A DNA stretch of 43,044 nucleotides, from the IMG/VR virus record IMGVR_UViG_3300029400_000005, one strand, 5' to 3'. Below the pieces are notes generated by a model. That model searched no databases. It saw nothing but the letters and a program-made list of their open reading frames with translations, and was not told the origin of the DNA. Each line of letters opens with the position of its first letter. Positions within the stretch are counted from its first letter, which is position 1. The position numbers and the translations under genes are program-made. This DNA comes from a virus. Of this stretch, positions 1 to 8,884 are shown one piece after another.

Positions 1-123
1 AGCCACCATCGGTGCTGCGCTCCAGAATGTAGCCGCTCAGGTTGCCATCGCTGTCACTGGCCGCAGTCCACGAGATCACCAGCGTGCTGCCGCCCTTGAC
101 ATCCTTCGGCACCGCGATGGACG
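1..123. repeat. Terminal overlap, copy A (identical to 42922..43044)
   Basis: Exact 123-nt identity read directly at both window ends and running to both edges. This implies a circular or permuted unit of 42921 bp. Confidence 0.95.
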
Positions 124-1108
124 GCGGCGCAGACGGGGCGTTGTTGTTGACCACCGTTACCTGCGAACTGGTTCGCCAGCCAGACTCCAGACCATCGGTG
201 TCGTATGCCTTGACGCGGTACATCACGGACGTGGTGCCGAAGGCGACGTTGGTCGTGGTGCTGGTGGCCGTACCCTGATAAATCAGACTCCACGACCAGC
301 CGCCGTTGGTCGAACGCTCTACCTTGTAGCCGGCGAGATTGCTCTCAGCATCAGAGCTTTTTGCCCACGAGATCGAGATGTTCGTGCCGCCCATGATGGA
401 CGAAGGAACGGAAATGTTCCACGGAGTCGAGGGCGCGGTGTTAGTCGAGACCGTGCCATCGTCAGACACCAAGAGAGTAGAGGGCAGTACAAAAGCGGGG
501 CGGATGCCGTACCCGCTGGAGCCGCCGTAGTCGTCCAAGCCGCCATCGGAGCTGACGTACAGGACGTAGGTGGAGTAGCCGCTGCAGCTCGGAGAGCGGA
601 GCCACCAGAAGTCGGCCCAGCGGCCGAAATTTGCGACACGCTTAGAATCTGAACTATCGTCCGCACAACCCTTGAAATAGGCCAGCTCTGTGCCTTCACC
701 GCTCGGCATATAGACGTGGTTGAAACTCGTTTCGGCCGCACTGAGCAGGAAAATCTTCGCAGACAGGCCGTTCGAGCCGCTGGTAACGGTCTTGGACGAG
801 CCGCTGCCTTTGCGGTACGGGAGTTTTACCTGCTTGATGGCGTTCTTGATGTTCGACTCGAGAAGGTTTAGGAATGTGCTGTTCAGGTAGGAGTGGATGG
901 TGCTGTTGGCGTAGTCGTTAGTGTTCGAGCTATTCCACTGGCGTTTTTCGTAGATGTCCTTCATCAGCAGCCAAGTACCGTTGCAGCTATCGTCATAGAC
1001 GCTGGACGGCTTGCCCTGATGGATAATGATAAAGTCCTCGACCGTACCGTTCACTTTGATTTTAACGGTGCTGCCAACGGCCTTTGCGCCTAATCTTACA
1101 TTTGCCAT
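1..1108 (-). CDS. Tail fibre / receptor-binding protein, 5' part (369 codons; continues in frame at 42921..42170 across the junction, 619 aa in total)
   Basis: ATG at 1108 with GGAGGTG 8 nt upstream. My translation is MANVRLGAKAVGSTVKIKVNGTVEDFIIIHQGKPSS...GIRPAFVLPS, followed by an FN3-like repeat (NISISWAKSSDAESNLAGYKVERS...MYRVKAYDTDGLESGW). It is absent from the ORF track because there is no stop on this side of the window. Confidence 0.8.
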   Translation of the reverse strand, partial: MANVRLGAKAVGSTVKIKVNGTVEDFIIIHQGKPSSVYDDSCNGTWLLMKDIYEKRQWNSSNTNDYANSTIHSYLNSTFLNLLESNIKNAIKQVKLPYRKGSGSSKTVTSGSNGLSAKIFLLSAAETSFNHVYMPSGEGTELAYFKGCADDSSDSKRVANFGRWADFWWLRSPSCSGYSTYVLYVSSDGGLDDYGGSSGYGIRPAFVLPSTLLVSDDGTVSTNTAPSTPWNISVPSSIMGGTNISISWAKSSDAESNLAGYKVERSTNGGWSWSLIYQGTATSTTTNVAFGTTSVMYRVKAYDTDGLESGWRTSSQVTVVNNNAPSAPPSIAVPKDVKGGSTLVISWTAASDSDGNLSGYILERSTDGG

Positions 1109-1126
1109 AAAAATTCACCTCCTTAC

Positions 1127-1801
1127 TCAAAATTCAATCCTTGCCAGATCGGCGTTCCAAACGCCGGCAACGGTCAAGCCGTCCAGCGACTCAAAGGTGA
1201 CGGAGAACGGATTTGCCGTTACGTTGGTCGCGATCTTCAATTGAAGGATATCGATATCCGCCTGCATCTTTGCAGCGGCGATGCGCAAGTCTTTGTGAGA
1301 CTCCGGGGACAGGTCGTGCTCCTGAATCCGCTCTTCGACAAACAGCTGCAAGCTCTGCATCTCAGCGCTCAGATTGAGCGAGATCTCCGCATCCCGGGAA
1401 ATCGCGATCACCACAGTGAAAACGAACTCAAACTCCTGATCGGTGGAAGCCGCCGGGATCTCGACACCGCGGTCATCCTGCACGAGGAGCAGGAGCGTAT
1501 CTTCTGCCGCCCCGGTCTGCCGCCCGAAGAGGGCAATCTGATGCAGGGTGTAGGTATCCTCCGCGCCGGTAATGCGAATCTTCACGCGGCGGGCAGCGCT
1601 GCCGTTTTCTTCAACAGACTTGATGCCCAGCAGCTCAAGCGCATGCCGCTCGCCGGTGACGTCGGTCTGCGCGTGGAGCACAGCGGCATTTGCAAGACCG
1701 CTTCCTCCGACAGCCTGCGTAATCGTGAGCTGCTTGCCCGATACGGCATCCATCAGCAGCTCAATGCCGGCATCGGTATAAGCCAGCGTTTCCCAACTCA
1801 T
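1127..1801 (-). CDS. Tail fibre protein (tail-collar fibre N-terminal, DUF3751-like)
   Basis: 224 aa, MSWETLAYTDAGIELLMDAVSGKQLTITQAVGGSG...YTLHQIALFGR. The pattern is that of a P2 gpH-type N-terminus. It follows the baseplate genes with a 4-nt overlap. Confidence 0.65.
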   Translation of the reverse strand: MSWETLAYTDAGIELLMDAVSGKQLTITQAVGGSGLANAAVLHAQTDVTGERHALELLGIKSVEENGSAARRVKIRITGAEDTYTLHQIALFGRQTGAAEDTLLLLVQDDRGVEIPAASTDQEFEFVFTVVIAISRDAEISLNLSAEMQSLQLFVEERIQEHDLSPESHKDLRIAAAKMQADIDILQLKIATNVTANPFSVTFESLDGLTVAGVWNADLARIEF

Positions 1802-2370
1802 TGCGTGTCCTCCTTTTTGATTTCAGGCATCCGCACCGATGCAAGGATGCTTGTGCCGCAGGGTGCGGCGGCAATGTAGGCATATGCTTCTACGGGGTCA
1901 CAGAACAGATACATTCCGAACACGATATGCGCAGGCTTGATCTGGTTTACCATGTGGATCAGTTCTTCGCGGTGAAGCTTATCTTCAACGTGAGTGCCGA
2001 TGGTCAGCAGGTAAGCCGGATAATCCACGCGGCATGTCCACCGGCCAACGCCCAGTAACGTGTCGAGCTGTTGGTACAGAAATGCAAGTGTAAAGGGTGG
2101 GCGGGTGCACAAACGCGACAGAATGCGCTGCCGTCGAAAACTCAGCGTTTCGGTCAAAGGCTTTGCCCGGATATGCAGGACTTGTTCCCATTTCTGCACA
2201 GAATCCACATCCATGGTCTGGACAAAAAAGTTCTTCCCGATGACCCGTACACTATCAGCTGTCCGGGAAAATTGTGCTTTTTCAGCGTCACAGACCTGCT
2301 GGTATTCCGCAATTTCCCGGTAAAAAGGCGGCAAAAGGGAATGCAGGTCATGGTTCAGGTCAAGTTCCAT
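1798..2370 (-). CDS. Baseplate/tail protein, DUF2313 (XkdU / P2 gpI-like)
   Basis: LLPPFYREIAEYQQVCDAEKAQF...SFRRQRILSRL motif pattern. I prefer the internal ATG at 2370, which overlaps the stop of the upstream gene, to the track start at 2448. Confidence 0.7.
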   Translation of the reverse strand: MELDLNHDLHSLLPPFYREIAEYQQVCDAEKAQFSRTADSVRVIGKNFFVQTMDVDSVQKWEQVLHIRAKPLTETLSFRRQRILSRLCTRPPFTLAFLYQQLDTLLGVGRWTCRVDYPAYLLTIGTHVEDKLHREELIHMVNQIKPAHIVFGMYLFCDPVEAYAYIAAAPCGTSILASVRMPEIKKEDTQ

Positions 2371-3478
2371 GTAGTTCCACCTTCCCCAGCACCGGAACCT
2401 GCTGCAAAGCACCGGTCTGCTGCAGCGCCATGTCCGCAGCAATCCCATTGAGCGTCAGAGCCGAAACATTGACGACCCCATCAAGAGAGATGAGCGCGGC
2501 AAGGACACGAGCAAGATACACCTCTGCCGAGTAGGCAATGGCCGTACTGCTGATATTGACATCCCAGTTTTTACGAATCTGCAGCAGGTAGTCACTGACA
2601 GCGTCCTGCGCAGGCTGCTGTACGGTTTCAAGTTCGTGTCCGGATGCAAGGGTCAGCGTGGCAGAAATGTCTACAGGCACTGTCTTCGGCGCTGTGACGG
2701 TCACCTGCGCACCGATGGGCGCAAGCCCAAGGCCAAGCCCCTGACCGGGCGGGGGATCGATGGCATTCTGTACCATCTGCACAAGATCACTGGACGCAGG
2801 AAGAAAGTCGGCTCCCAAGATGGAGCAGCACACCGTGCCGCCACCATCCCACACGGGGTAGACCTGCACAGCGCCCACGCCGTCTATCGCTTCGATCTCC
2901 TCAACGTACTGTGCCACGTTTCCACCAAAGCTGCGGCTGTTCAGACGTTCAATGATTCTCGCGCGGAAAGGCTCATCCTCTTCGGTGTTTTCGCCGGGAA
3001 TCAGAAGATCCGTCAACTGAGCGCTGTTCAATCCTTCAATGGAATCAATCGGCAGAATGGGGCCGGAGTATCGGTTGCCGATATCACCGGCAGTCTCAGC
3101 CTGCAGACGGTAGGCGCTTCCCTCCGTAATGGTGGAGATGACCACAAAATTGATACTCTCAGTGCCATTGATCGTTGAAAATCGCGCACCGATCGGAACT
3201 TCACAGTCAAAGATGCCGACCTTTACAGCGGCGGAAGCCTGCTTGCGGGTGATACCGGCCAGCACTGCCAGAAGATCCAGCGAATCGCCGGAGGCTGTCT
3301 GGACGAACGCCTGTTTCTGCACAAGGTCGAGGCTCAGATAAAAGCCCTCAAGCACGTAGGCTGCCGGGCCTACCGCGGTCTGGATAGGGCTGGTATCACG
3401 CTTGTCGTAGGTGTCGGGCACAAGGGAAAGCATGTGATCGAGAATGTTTTTATAGGTTGCAGCTGAAAAATCCTGCAT
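2360..3478 (-). CDS. Baseplate J-like protein (XkdT / gp47 family)
   Basis: 372 aa in the conserved position between the XkdS-like and DUF2313 genes. The start and stop overlap the neighbouring genes. Confidence 0.8.
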   Translation of the reverse strand: MQDFSAATYKNILDHMLSLVPDTYDKRDTSPIQTAVGPAAYVLEGFYLSLDLVQKQAFVQTASGDSLDLLAVLAGITRKQASAAVKVGIFDCEVPIGARFSTINGTESINFVVISTITEGSAYRLQAETAGDIGNRYSGPILPIDSIEGLNSAQLTDLLIPGENTEEDEPFRARIIERLNSRSFGGNVAQYVEEIEAIDGVGAVQVYPVWDGGGTVCCSILGADFLPASSDLVQMVQNAIDPPPGQGLGLGLAPIGAQVTVTAPKTVPVDISATLTLASGHELETVQQPAQDAVSDYLLQIRKNWDVNISSTAIAYSAEVYLARVLAALISLDGVVNVSALTLNGIAADMALQQTGALQQVPVLGKVELHGT

Positions 3479-3885
3479 CAGAATTTCACCTCCGTTCCGG
3501 TCTCAACATCGCCATAGACTGTTTCGACGGTAAAACTTACCGTCAGGTTTTGCCCATTGATGCTGTATTCGTAGTTTTTTAGGCCAATAATGCGGTCGTC
3601 TGCCAGCAGCGCATCCTGCAGACGGCGCTGCAGTTCTGTGGCAACATAACCGGCATCCTGTCCGACCAGCCCTTCCCATTGCATACCGCTTGCCGGCTGG
3701 TAGATCTGCCAACGATAGCGCTCTACGTTCAGGATGATCTCCACTGCCTGCTTTACGGCATCATAGCCGTCGCATGTTCCGGCGATACGTCCAGCTGCAC
3801 GGTCGATCTTCCATGTCAGGGAAGGCTGAGCGACAAACTCAACGCCGCCCGATAAATCGATGCTGTTTTCCGGCAATACGGCCAT
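3478..3885 (-). CDS. Baseplate protein DUF2634 (XkdS, gpW/gp25-like)
   Basis: 135 aa, SLTWKIDRAAGRIAGTCDGYDAVKQAVEIILNVERYRWQIY, typical of the XkdS family. Confidence 0.7.
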   Translation of the reverse strand: MAVLPENSIDLSGGVEFVAQPSLTWKIDRAAGRIAGTCDGYDAVKQAVEIILNVERYRWQIYQPASGMQWEGLVGQDAGYVATELQRRLQDALLADDRIIGLKNYEYSINGQNLTVSFTVETVYGDVETGTEVKF

Positions 3886-4377
3886 TTAATCACCACCTTC
3901 ATATACACGAGATAACACGACGAACTTCTGGCCACGCTGCACACGCAGAAGAAGCACCTTGTCACCGGCTTTCAGGGCAGGGTTGAGGATGATATATTTC
4001 TTATCCTTGCTCAGTGAAAGGACTTTTCCATTCTCCCAGCCTTTGATGTCCTCGCTCTGTACAGAGCTATCTGCGCCCCCTGAGAGCAGGGAATAACCAG
4101 TGTAAGGCTCCGATGGGCCGCCTGTGCTGCCGTGAACACCAGCGTGTATATGGGGCATGGCGTGCCGGTGTTTCAGCAGCGGGATCTTCTTTTCAATGAC
4201 CGGCTCTGCAAGGTAGAGAATATCCTGCCGCAGTGTAGCCATTTCCGTGTTGATGGAGATTTCCAGCACATCATCATCGGGCGGGGCCTTTACCACGGTG
4301 CCGATCTGCAGATCGGTGGGCTGGTCAACGTCTCCGGCAACCCGGTTCAGCTGCAAAAGTGCTTCCACGATGTCCAA
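3886..4377 (-). CDS. Baseplate protein DUF2577 (XkdR-like)
   Basis: ORF 3886..4440. The likely start is TTG at 4377, with GGAGGG 7 nt upstream and just after the stop of the upstream gene at 4392. Confidence 0.6.
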   Translation of the reverse strand: MDIVEALLQLNRVAGDVDQPTDLQIGTVVKAPPDDDVLEISINTEMATLRQDILYLAEPVIEKKIPLLKHRHAMPHIHAGVHGSTGGPSEPYTGYSLLSGGADSSVQSEDIKGWENGKVLSLSKDKKYIILNPALKAGDKVLLLRVQRGQKFVVLSRVYEGGD

Positions 4378-4391
4378 AAGATTTCCCTCCC

Positions 4392-5360
4392 TTACAGAGC
4401 TTTTGCTTCCAGTTCCATGGTGTGCAGATCGTTTTCCCACGTATGAGAGACCTTTTCCAGCATGACATACTTGCGGAACGGGTCGCCGTCAAGATCATTG
4501 ATATTGACCAGAAGAAGCTGTCCCGCCCGCAGGCTATTGACACCCAGCGAGGTGAATTTGAGTTGCTGCAGAACGCGATTGTAATACTCCAGACTGACCT
4601 TTGCCTGCTCCTTGACCTGTGCGTCTGTGGCCGCTTCGTCCACCTTTTGATAGAGCTGCAGCAAGCCCCAGCGGGCAATGGTGTCCGAATCCTTTCGGAT
4701 AAAAACATCGGACTTGCCGGTCTCCTTGTTCGGACGCACCAGCTTGATGCTGTTGTAGGTCTGGGAGTCAATGGACGTGTTGTAGCTGTAGTTGGTCATC
4801 AGGCTCTTTTCGCCGATGATGTAGTCGCTCTTCATATCAGCTGCAGAGCGCAGAGCAACACCATCTCCAGAATCGTAAAAAACAAAGACCGTGCCGGTAT
4901 TCAGCAAGGTCTTCTGGATGGCAGTATTGATGATGTCGATGCAGCTTTTATCCTGCATCACGAGGGAGGGGAGTTTGTAGCCGGTATCGGCCAGCGTGCC
5001 CACATCTACCTGCAGGTCTTCACAGATCTGCTTGATAATGTCGGCGGCGCTCTGGGCATAAAATGTGTAGCTGTTATTTGCTTTCAGGTAGCGCAGCCGG
5101 TCATAGCAGACCACATCCACAGGCCCCCAACGGTCCTGCCCGCGGCTGAATACCCATCCATAAAACTGCAGTTCTCCATCTGCGGAAAACCGTACAACGT
5201 CGCCCTCTTCGATTTTGGATTGCGGCGTGCGAAGATAGGTGAAGGTAAGCTTGCCGGGATTCCCGGTGCGCTGGGTGATCCAGCTTGCGGTTGTTACGCT
5301 GTTAGTGAGGTTTAGCAGGTCTCCGGGCGTTTTGCGGCCCACGATCAGTTCATAGCTCAC
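4392..5360 (-). CDS. Baseplate hub / late control D-like protein (XkdQ/YqbQ family)
   Basis: 322 aa, MSYELIVGRKTPGDLLNLTNSVTTASWITQRTGNPGKLTFTY, in the position after the XkdP-like gene. Confidence 0.7.
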   Translation of the reverse strand: MSYELIVGRKTPGDLLNLTNSVTTASWITQRTGNPGKLTFTYLRTPQSKIEEGDVVRFSADGELQFYGWVFSRGQDRWGPVDVVCYDRLRYLKANNSYTFYAQSAADIIKQICEDLQVDVGTLADTGYKLPSLVMQDKSCIDIINTAIQKTLLNTGTVFVFYDSGDGVALRSAADMKSDYIIGEKSLMTNYSYNTSIDSQTYNSIKLVRPNKETGKSDVFIRKDSDTIARWGLLQLYQKVDEAATDAQVKEQAKVSLEYYNRVLQQLKFTSLGVNSLRAGQLLLVNINDLDGDPFRKYVMLEKVSHTWENDLHTMELEAKAL

Positions 5361-6178
5361 CGGTTCACCTCCGTGAGGTCAGAAGCGGACATCCAGCCGA
5401 ATACCACCCCGGAAAGATCCTGCACGCAATACGGATGCGGGTTTGTGCGGGATACGATGCGCCGTACCTGCACCTGCTGGCCGCTGAGCGTGCCGGCAGG
5501 TGTTGGTGCAGTGCTGGTGCTGTAATATTTCCCGTTTGCCTTACGCTGGGCACCCACATAGAGTTTGCTGCTTTGGATGCTGCGTGCTGGAGTAAGGATC
5601 ACTTTTACAGCACTGACAGTAGACGTTGCGACAGCAGCGGCAGAAAGCGCCCGCGTGACAGTGTTCAGCGCAGAGGATGCCGTAGTGGCTGCAGGCGAGA
5701 AGTTTCCGCTGCTGCCCTGCAGAACAGCCTTCTGCGGTGAAAAGTCCTTGTATTCAGTAATGGTCAGGTCAAAGTAAAAGTCGCCGGTCTCGCCGCCGCG
5801 CTCCTCGGTCTTGAAACTGGTAACAAGGCACTCAAAACCCATGCCGCCACCCAGAAACGGGGTGCCGTTCTCATAATAGCGCACCGGCGTATAGACGATG
5901 GGCCTTTTCTGATCCATTGCGCTCTTGAAAAACGTAATGTACACCGATGGCGGTAAAAACACGGCCGCGCTCATCCATGGGAGCCTGCGTCCGGGAAACA
6001 GACCGGAGATCGTTACCTTGCGCAGCTTTGGCGTGCGCGGCTGCATGACAGGGCCAAGGCCAAGCACATTATACTCGCCATTGTCGGATTCTTTGGTCTC
6101 CGGAAGCTTTTCCGGGTTGATGGGCAGGGACAGCACGGTGCTGTCCCGTGAAAAATAAATGCGGTAAAGGCTCGGCAT
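5357..6178 (-). CDS. Tail protein in the XkdP position (no LysM motif recognised)
   Basis: 273 aa, immediately downstream of the tape measure gene with a 4-nt overlap to the next gene. Confidence 0.55.
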   Translation of the reverse strand: MPSLYRIYFSRDSTVLSLPINPEKLPETKESDNGEYNVLGLGPVMQPRTPKLRKVTISGLFPGRRLPWMSAAVFLPPSVYITFFKSAMDQKRPIVYTPVRYYENGTPFLGGGMGFECLVTSFKTEERGGETGDFYFDLTITEYKDFSPQKAVLQGSSGNFSPAATTASSALNTVTRALSAAAVATSTVSAVKVILTPARSIQSSKLYVGAQRKANGKYYSTSTAPTPAGTLSGQQVQVRRIVSRTNPHPYCVQDLSGVVFGWMSASDLTEVNR

Positions 6179-6187
6179 ACATTCTCC

Positions 6188-8278
6188 TTAATTGACCGAA
6201 ACGACACTGCCACTCTGCACGCGCTCCATAATGAGGTCGCCCAGAAGATCGGCAAGGCTCTGGCGGTCGGCTTCAGTGTTTCCGGTGTTCTGGCCTTGAA
6301 CAGTAATGACCGGGGCCTGCGAGGTGAGGTTGATGTTGTTCACGAATTTACGTTCCGCAATATCAACCATCATCTTGAGCTGCTCATCTGAAAGATCAAC
6401 CGTTTTTGCGATCTTACCGGTGTTGTTCTTAATTGCGCCAACATTATTCAGCAGGGAATTGACATCTGCTGCCTGAGGAACGCCCAGATCGCCAAGACCG
6501 CCCGGCCCGAACAGGTTGCCAAGGCTGAGGTTTGAACCCCAATCATATCCTCTGGTGTAGGCGCTTCCGAGATCCATGTTCTCCCACGGCTTCACATACT
6601 CGGTATAGCCGCTGTTCTGGATCTCATCGCTCCGTTTTTTGGCAAGATCGGTGATCCAGCCGCCCAGGCCGCTGGTCAGATCGACCGTCACGCCGGGGAT
6701 CATGTTGATAAGCCCCTCAACAGCGGACGCAATATTCTGCATATACTGCAAAACGGTGATTGCCATATCATAGAACAGAACTTTCACAGCTGCGACCGGG
6801 TTCGTGAACACATTGCCCACAAAGTTTGCAAACATGGCAAATCCATTCTGCAGGGGAACCAGAACACTGTTGAACACGAATGCACCCATCACAGCAAATG
6901 CGCCCGTAATGATACCTGTAGCGGAAACGCTTGTGCCTGCAAAGTGGTTCATCACAGCAACACCTGCATACAGGGCAGCTACCAGCACCAGAACGGCGGC
7001 AGCGGCCAGTGCGGCCGGGTTTGCGGCCATGACGGCATTGAGAAATGCCTGTGCGGCAGCGGCTTTCTCAGAAGCAAATGCCAGAATGTTCGTCCAGTTG
7101 GCGGCAATCAGCAGCACACCAAAAGCGGTTCCCAGAGAAATCACAATGGGGACAACCGTCTGGATGTTGTTCGCTACCCAGTTGATGGCTGACAGCAGCG
7201 GGTCAAGGACACGGATTGCAGCGTTGGAAGCCACCGTCCAAACCTGCGCCCAAGTCATGGGGGTTTTTGCAAATTCAGCGTTGGTCTCTGCTGCGGCTGC
7301 AAACATGGCGTTTTTTACAATGGCGGCGGTGATCTGCCCCTGTGCACCCATTTCGCGCAGCTTGCCCATATCCACCTGCAGATAGTCCGCAATGGATCTT
7401 GCAATGGCCGGTGCCTGTTCCATGACGCTGTTCAGTTCATCGCCGCGCAGCACGCCGGACGCAAGGCCCTGTTCCATCTGAAGAATTGCAGCCTGCGCAG
7501 CTTGCCCGGATGCGCCAGAGAGCGCAAGCTGTTTGTTCAGCTGTTCTGCAAACTGCACGATCTCCTTCGTGTTGTCAAATGCGCTGCCCGCCATAGTACC
7601 CAACTGTGAAACCAGCCCCATGGTGTCCATAAAATTGCCGCGGGAACGCTGCGCGGACTGGTAGATCATCGTTTCCAACTGCTGCGTGGTCTGCAGGCCA
7701 TCGTTCATACGGTCAAGCCGGGCGCGGGTAGAAACCAAGCTGTCTGAAAGGTCTACGGCTCTTTTCAGCCCCTGAATACTGAGGTAAGAAGCAGCAAGCC
7801 GTTTCACAGCGCTTGCCAGAGCATCAGCGGAAGACGTGGCCGCTTTCTGATTGTCCGAAAGTTCTTTGGTGCTTTTGGATGCTTTTTCAGCGGCATCGGC
7901 CTGTTCTCGGATAGCGGCGGCTTCTTTTTCCACCGCAGCCTGCGTTTCACGGGCTTTTCCGGTAAGGATGCCGGTTTGTGTACCCAGCGCTTCCACCTTC
8001 AAACGCAGGCGTTCGTTCTGGGTCTCAAGCTGTTTGTACGCAGCGGTGCCCGCTTCACCGGCAGCGCGCATGGCATCCAGCTGCTGAGCACTGGCTTCAA
8101 AGGCCGCAGTTGCCTTAGCAGAAGCAAGCTCTGTGCTCCGCAGTGCGGATTCATAGCTTTTCAGCTGGCGCTGTGCAGCGGTGGTTGCAGAAGCCGCATT
8201 CTTCGCGACTGTGATATACCCGGCCAGCGGATTGGAAGCCTGATCGTCCAGAATGAACCTTGAATGGATATCAGCCAC
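6188..8278 (-). CDS. Tail tape measure protein
   Basis: 696 aa with an Ala/Gln-rich coiled-coil N-terminus and a central hydrophobic block. GTG start at 8278 with GAAGGAGG upstream. It follows the chaperone pair. Confidence 0.9.
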   Translation of the reverse strand: MADIHSRFILDDQASNPLAGYITVAKNAASATTAAQRQLKSYESALRSTELASAKATAAFEASAQQLDAMRAAGEAGTAAYKQLETQNERLRLKVEALGTQTGILTGKARETQAAVEKEAAAIREQADAAEKASKSTKELSDNQKAATSSADALASAVKRLAASYLSIQGLKRAVDLSDSLVSTRARLDRMNDGLQTTQQLETMIYQSAQRSRGNFMDTMGLVSQLGTMAGSAFDNTKEIVQFAEQLNKQLALSGASGQAAQAAILQMEQGLASGVLRGDELNSVMEQAPAIARSIADYLQVDMGKLREMGAQGQITAAIVKNAMFAAAAETNAEFAKTPMTWAQVWTVASNAAIRVLDPLLSAINWVANNIQTVVPIVISLGTAFGVLLIAANWTNILAFASEKAAAAQAFLNAVMAANPAALAAAAVLVLVAALYAGVAVMNHFAGTSVSATGIITGAFAVMGAFVFNSVLVPLQNGFAMFANFVGNVFTNPVAAVKVLFYDMAITVLQYMQNIASAVEGLINMIPGVTVDLTSGLGGWITDLAKKRSDEIQNSGYTEYVKPWENMDLGSAYTRGYDWGSNLSLGNLFGPGGLGDLGVPQAADVNSLLNNVGAIKNNTGKIAKTVDLSDEQLKMMVDIAERKFVNNINLTSQAPVITVQGQNTGNTEADRQSLADLLGDLIMERVQSGSVVSVN

Positions 8279-8471
8279 TGTGTCCAGCCTCCTTCATCTG
8301 TCGGGATTCTTTTAAGCGCTTTTCCATTGTACGCAAAGCAAATGCCCGGACCAGAGCCTTTTCACGCTCCGGCAGGGCATCGTATTGACCGGGGGACCAG
8401 CCGAGATTGTCAAAACAGTAGTAAGCTGTCAGAACATCAATATCCCAGAGGTCCCCGGCGATCAGTTTTTT
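8271..8471 (-). CDS. Tail assembly chaperone -1 frameshift extension (64 codons; fused product 8271..8869 about 199 aa)
   Basis: After A_AAA_AAC the -1 frame stays open: LIAGDLWDIDVLTAYYCFDNLGWSPGQYDALPEREKALVRAFALRTMEKRLKESRQMKEAGHSG*. It fills the otherwise empty 183-nt gap, and its TGA overlaps the tape measure GTG. Confidence 0.7.
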   Translation of the reverse strand, partial: KKLIAGDLWDIDVLTAYYCFDNLGWSPGQYDALPEREKALVRAFALRTMEKRLKESRQMKEAGHSG

Positions 8472-8869
8472 GCTTCTTCGTCCGGGCCTTCATCCAATCC
8501 GGACAGTTCGTTGATGGCGGTGATGAGTTTGAGAAACTCACCGGCCAGCAGCATCTTGCCGGGGACCTGGACAGGATCTTTGGTGTTATAGTTTTCGCAC
8601 AGCTCAGCGCTGTGAAAGTCGGGGAATACCGTTGCAGCCACGATCATGCGGCTGGAATATTCGTTGGCATCCATCTCGTCCTGCCACTGCTGGCCTACCT
8701 TTTTCTTGCGGGTGGATGCCTTGAGCAGGGAAGAATTTTCTTCCTGGGTCAGGGCGCGGATCTTAAACGGAACAGGTTTGCCATCTGCGCCGAGAAAGCG
8801 CTTGGAAATGACAAGCTCCTTTTCTTCCGTAGGAACAGCGGGATGCAGAAATGCGGAAAGTGCGCTCAT
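8462..8869 (-). CDS. Tail assembly chaperone (XkdN-like)
   Basis: 135 aa between the tube and tape measure genes. It ends ...DEEAKN* on the slippery run. Confidence 0.8.
   Translation of the reverse strand: MSALSAFLHPAVPTEEKELVISKRFLGADGKPVPFKIRALTQEENSSLLKASTRKKKVGQQWQDEMDANEYSSRMIVAATVFPDFHSAELCENYNTKDPVQVPGKMLLAGEFLKLITAINELSGLDEGPDEEAKN
8465..8471 (-). other. Slippery heptamer A_AAA_AAC (programmed -1 frameshift site)
   Basis: The minus strand reads GAA GCA AAA AAC TGA. The heptamer is in X_XXY_YYZ register directly before the stop codon. Confidence 0.7.
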
Positions 8870-8884
8870 AAAGAATACCTCCTA

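Noticed and set aside
1-123. The terminal repeat as genuine direct terminal repeats (physical genome ends).
   Set aside because: The repeat lies in the middle of an ORF that is continuous across the junction. The terminase is also of the headful (PBSX) type. An assembly or circular overlap is more parsimonious, but this cannot be proven without reads.
1-2448. A diversity-generating retroelement or other hypervariation system at the fibre genes.
   Set aside because: No reverse transcriptase ORF and no template/variable repeat pair was found near the fibre genes or elsewhere. The only repeats are the diverged FN3-like modules.
1798-2448. Longer track starts for several genes (2448, 4440, 14746, 16921, 23349, 33566, 34326, 34230, 38756, 40633, 41982).
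   Set aside because: Each extension overlaps the upstream gene or lacks an RBS. In every case an internal start has a GGAGG-type RBS at 5 to 12 nt and lies right after the upstream stop. The N-terminal extensions also have non-protein-like composition.
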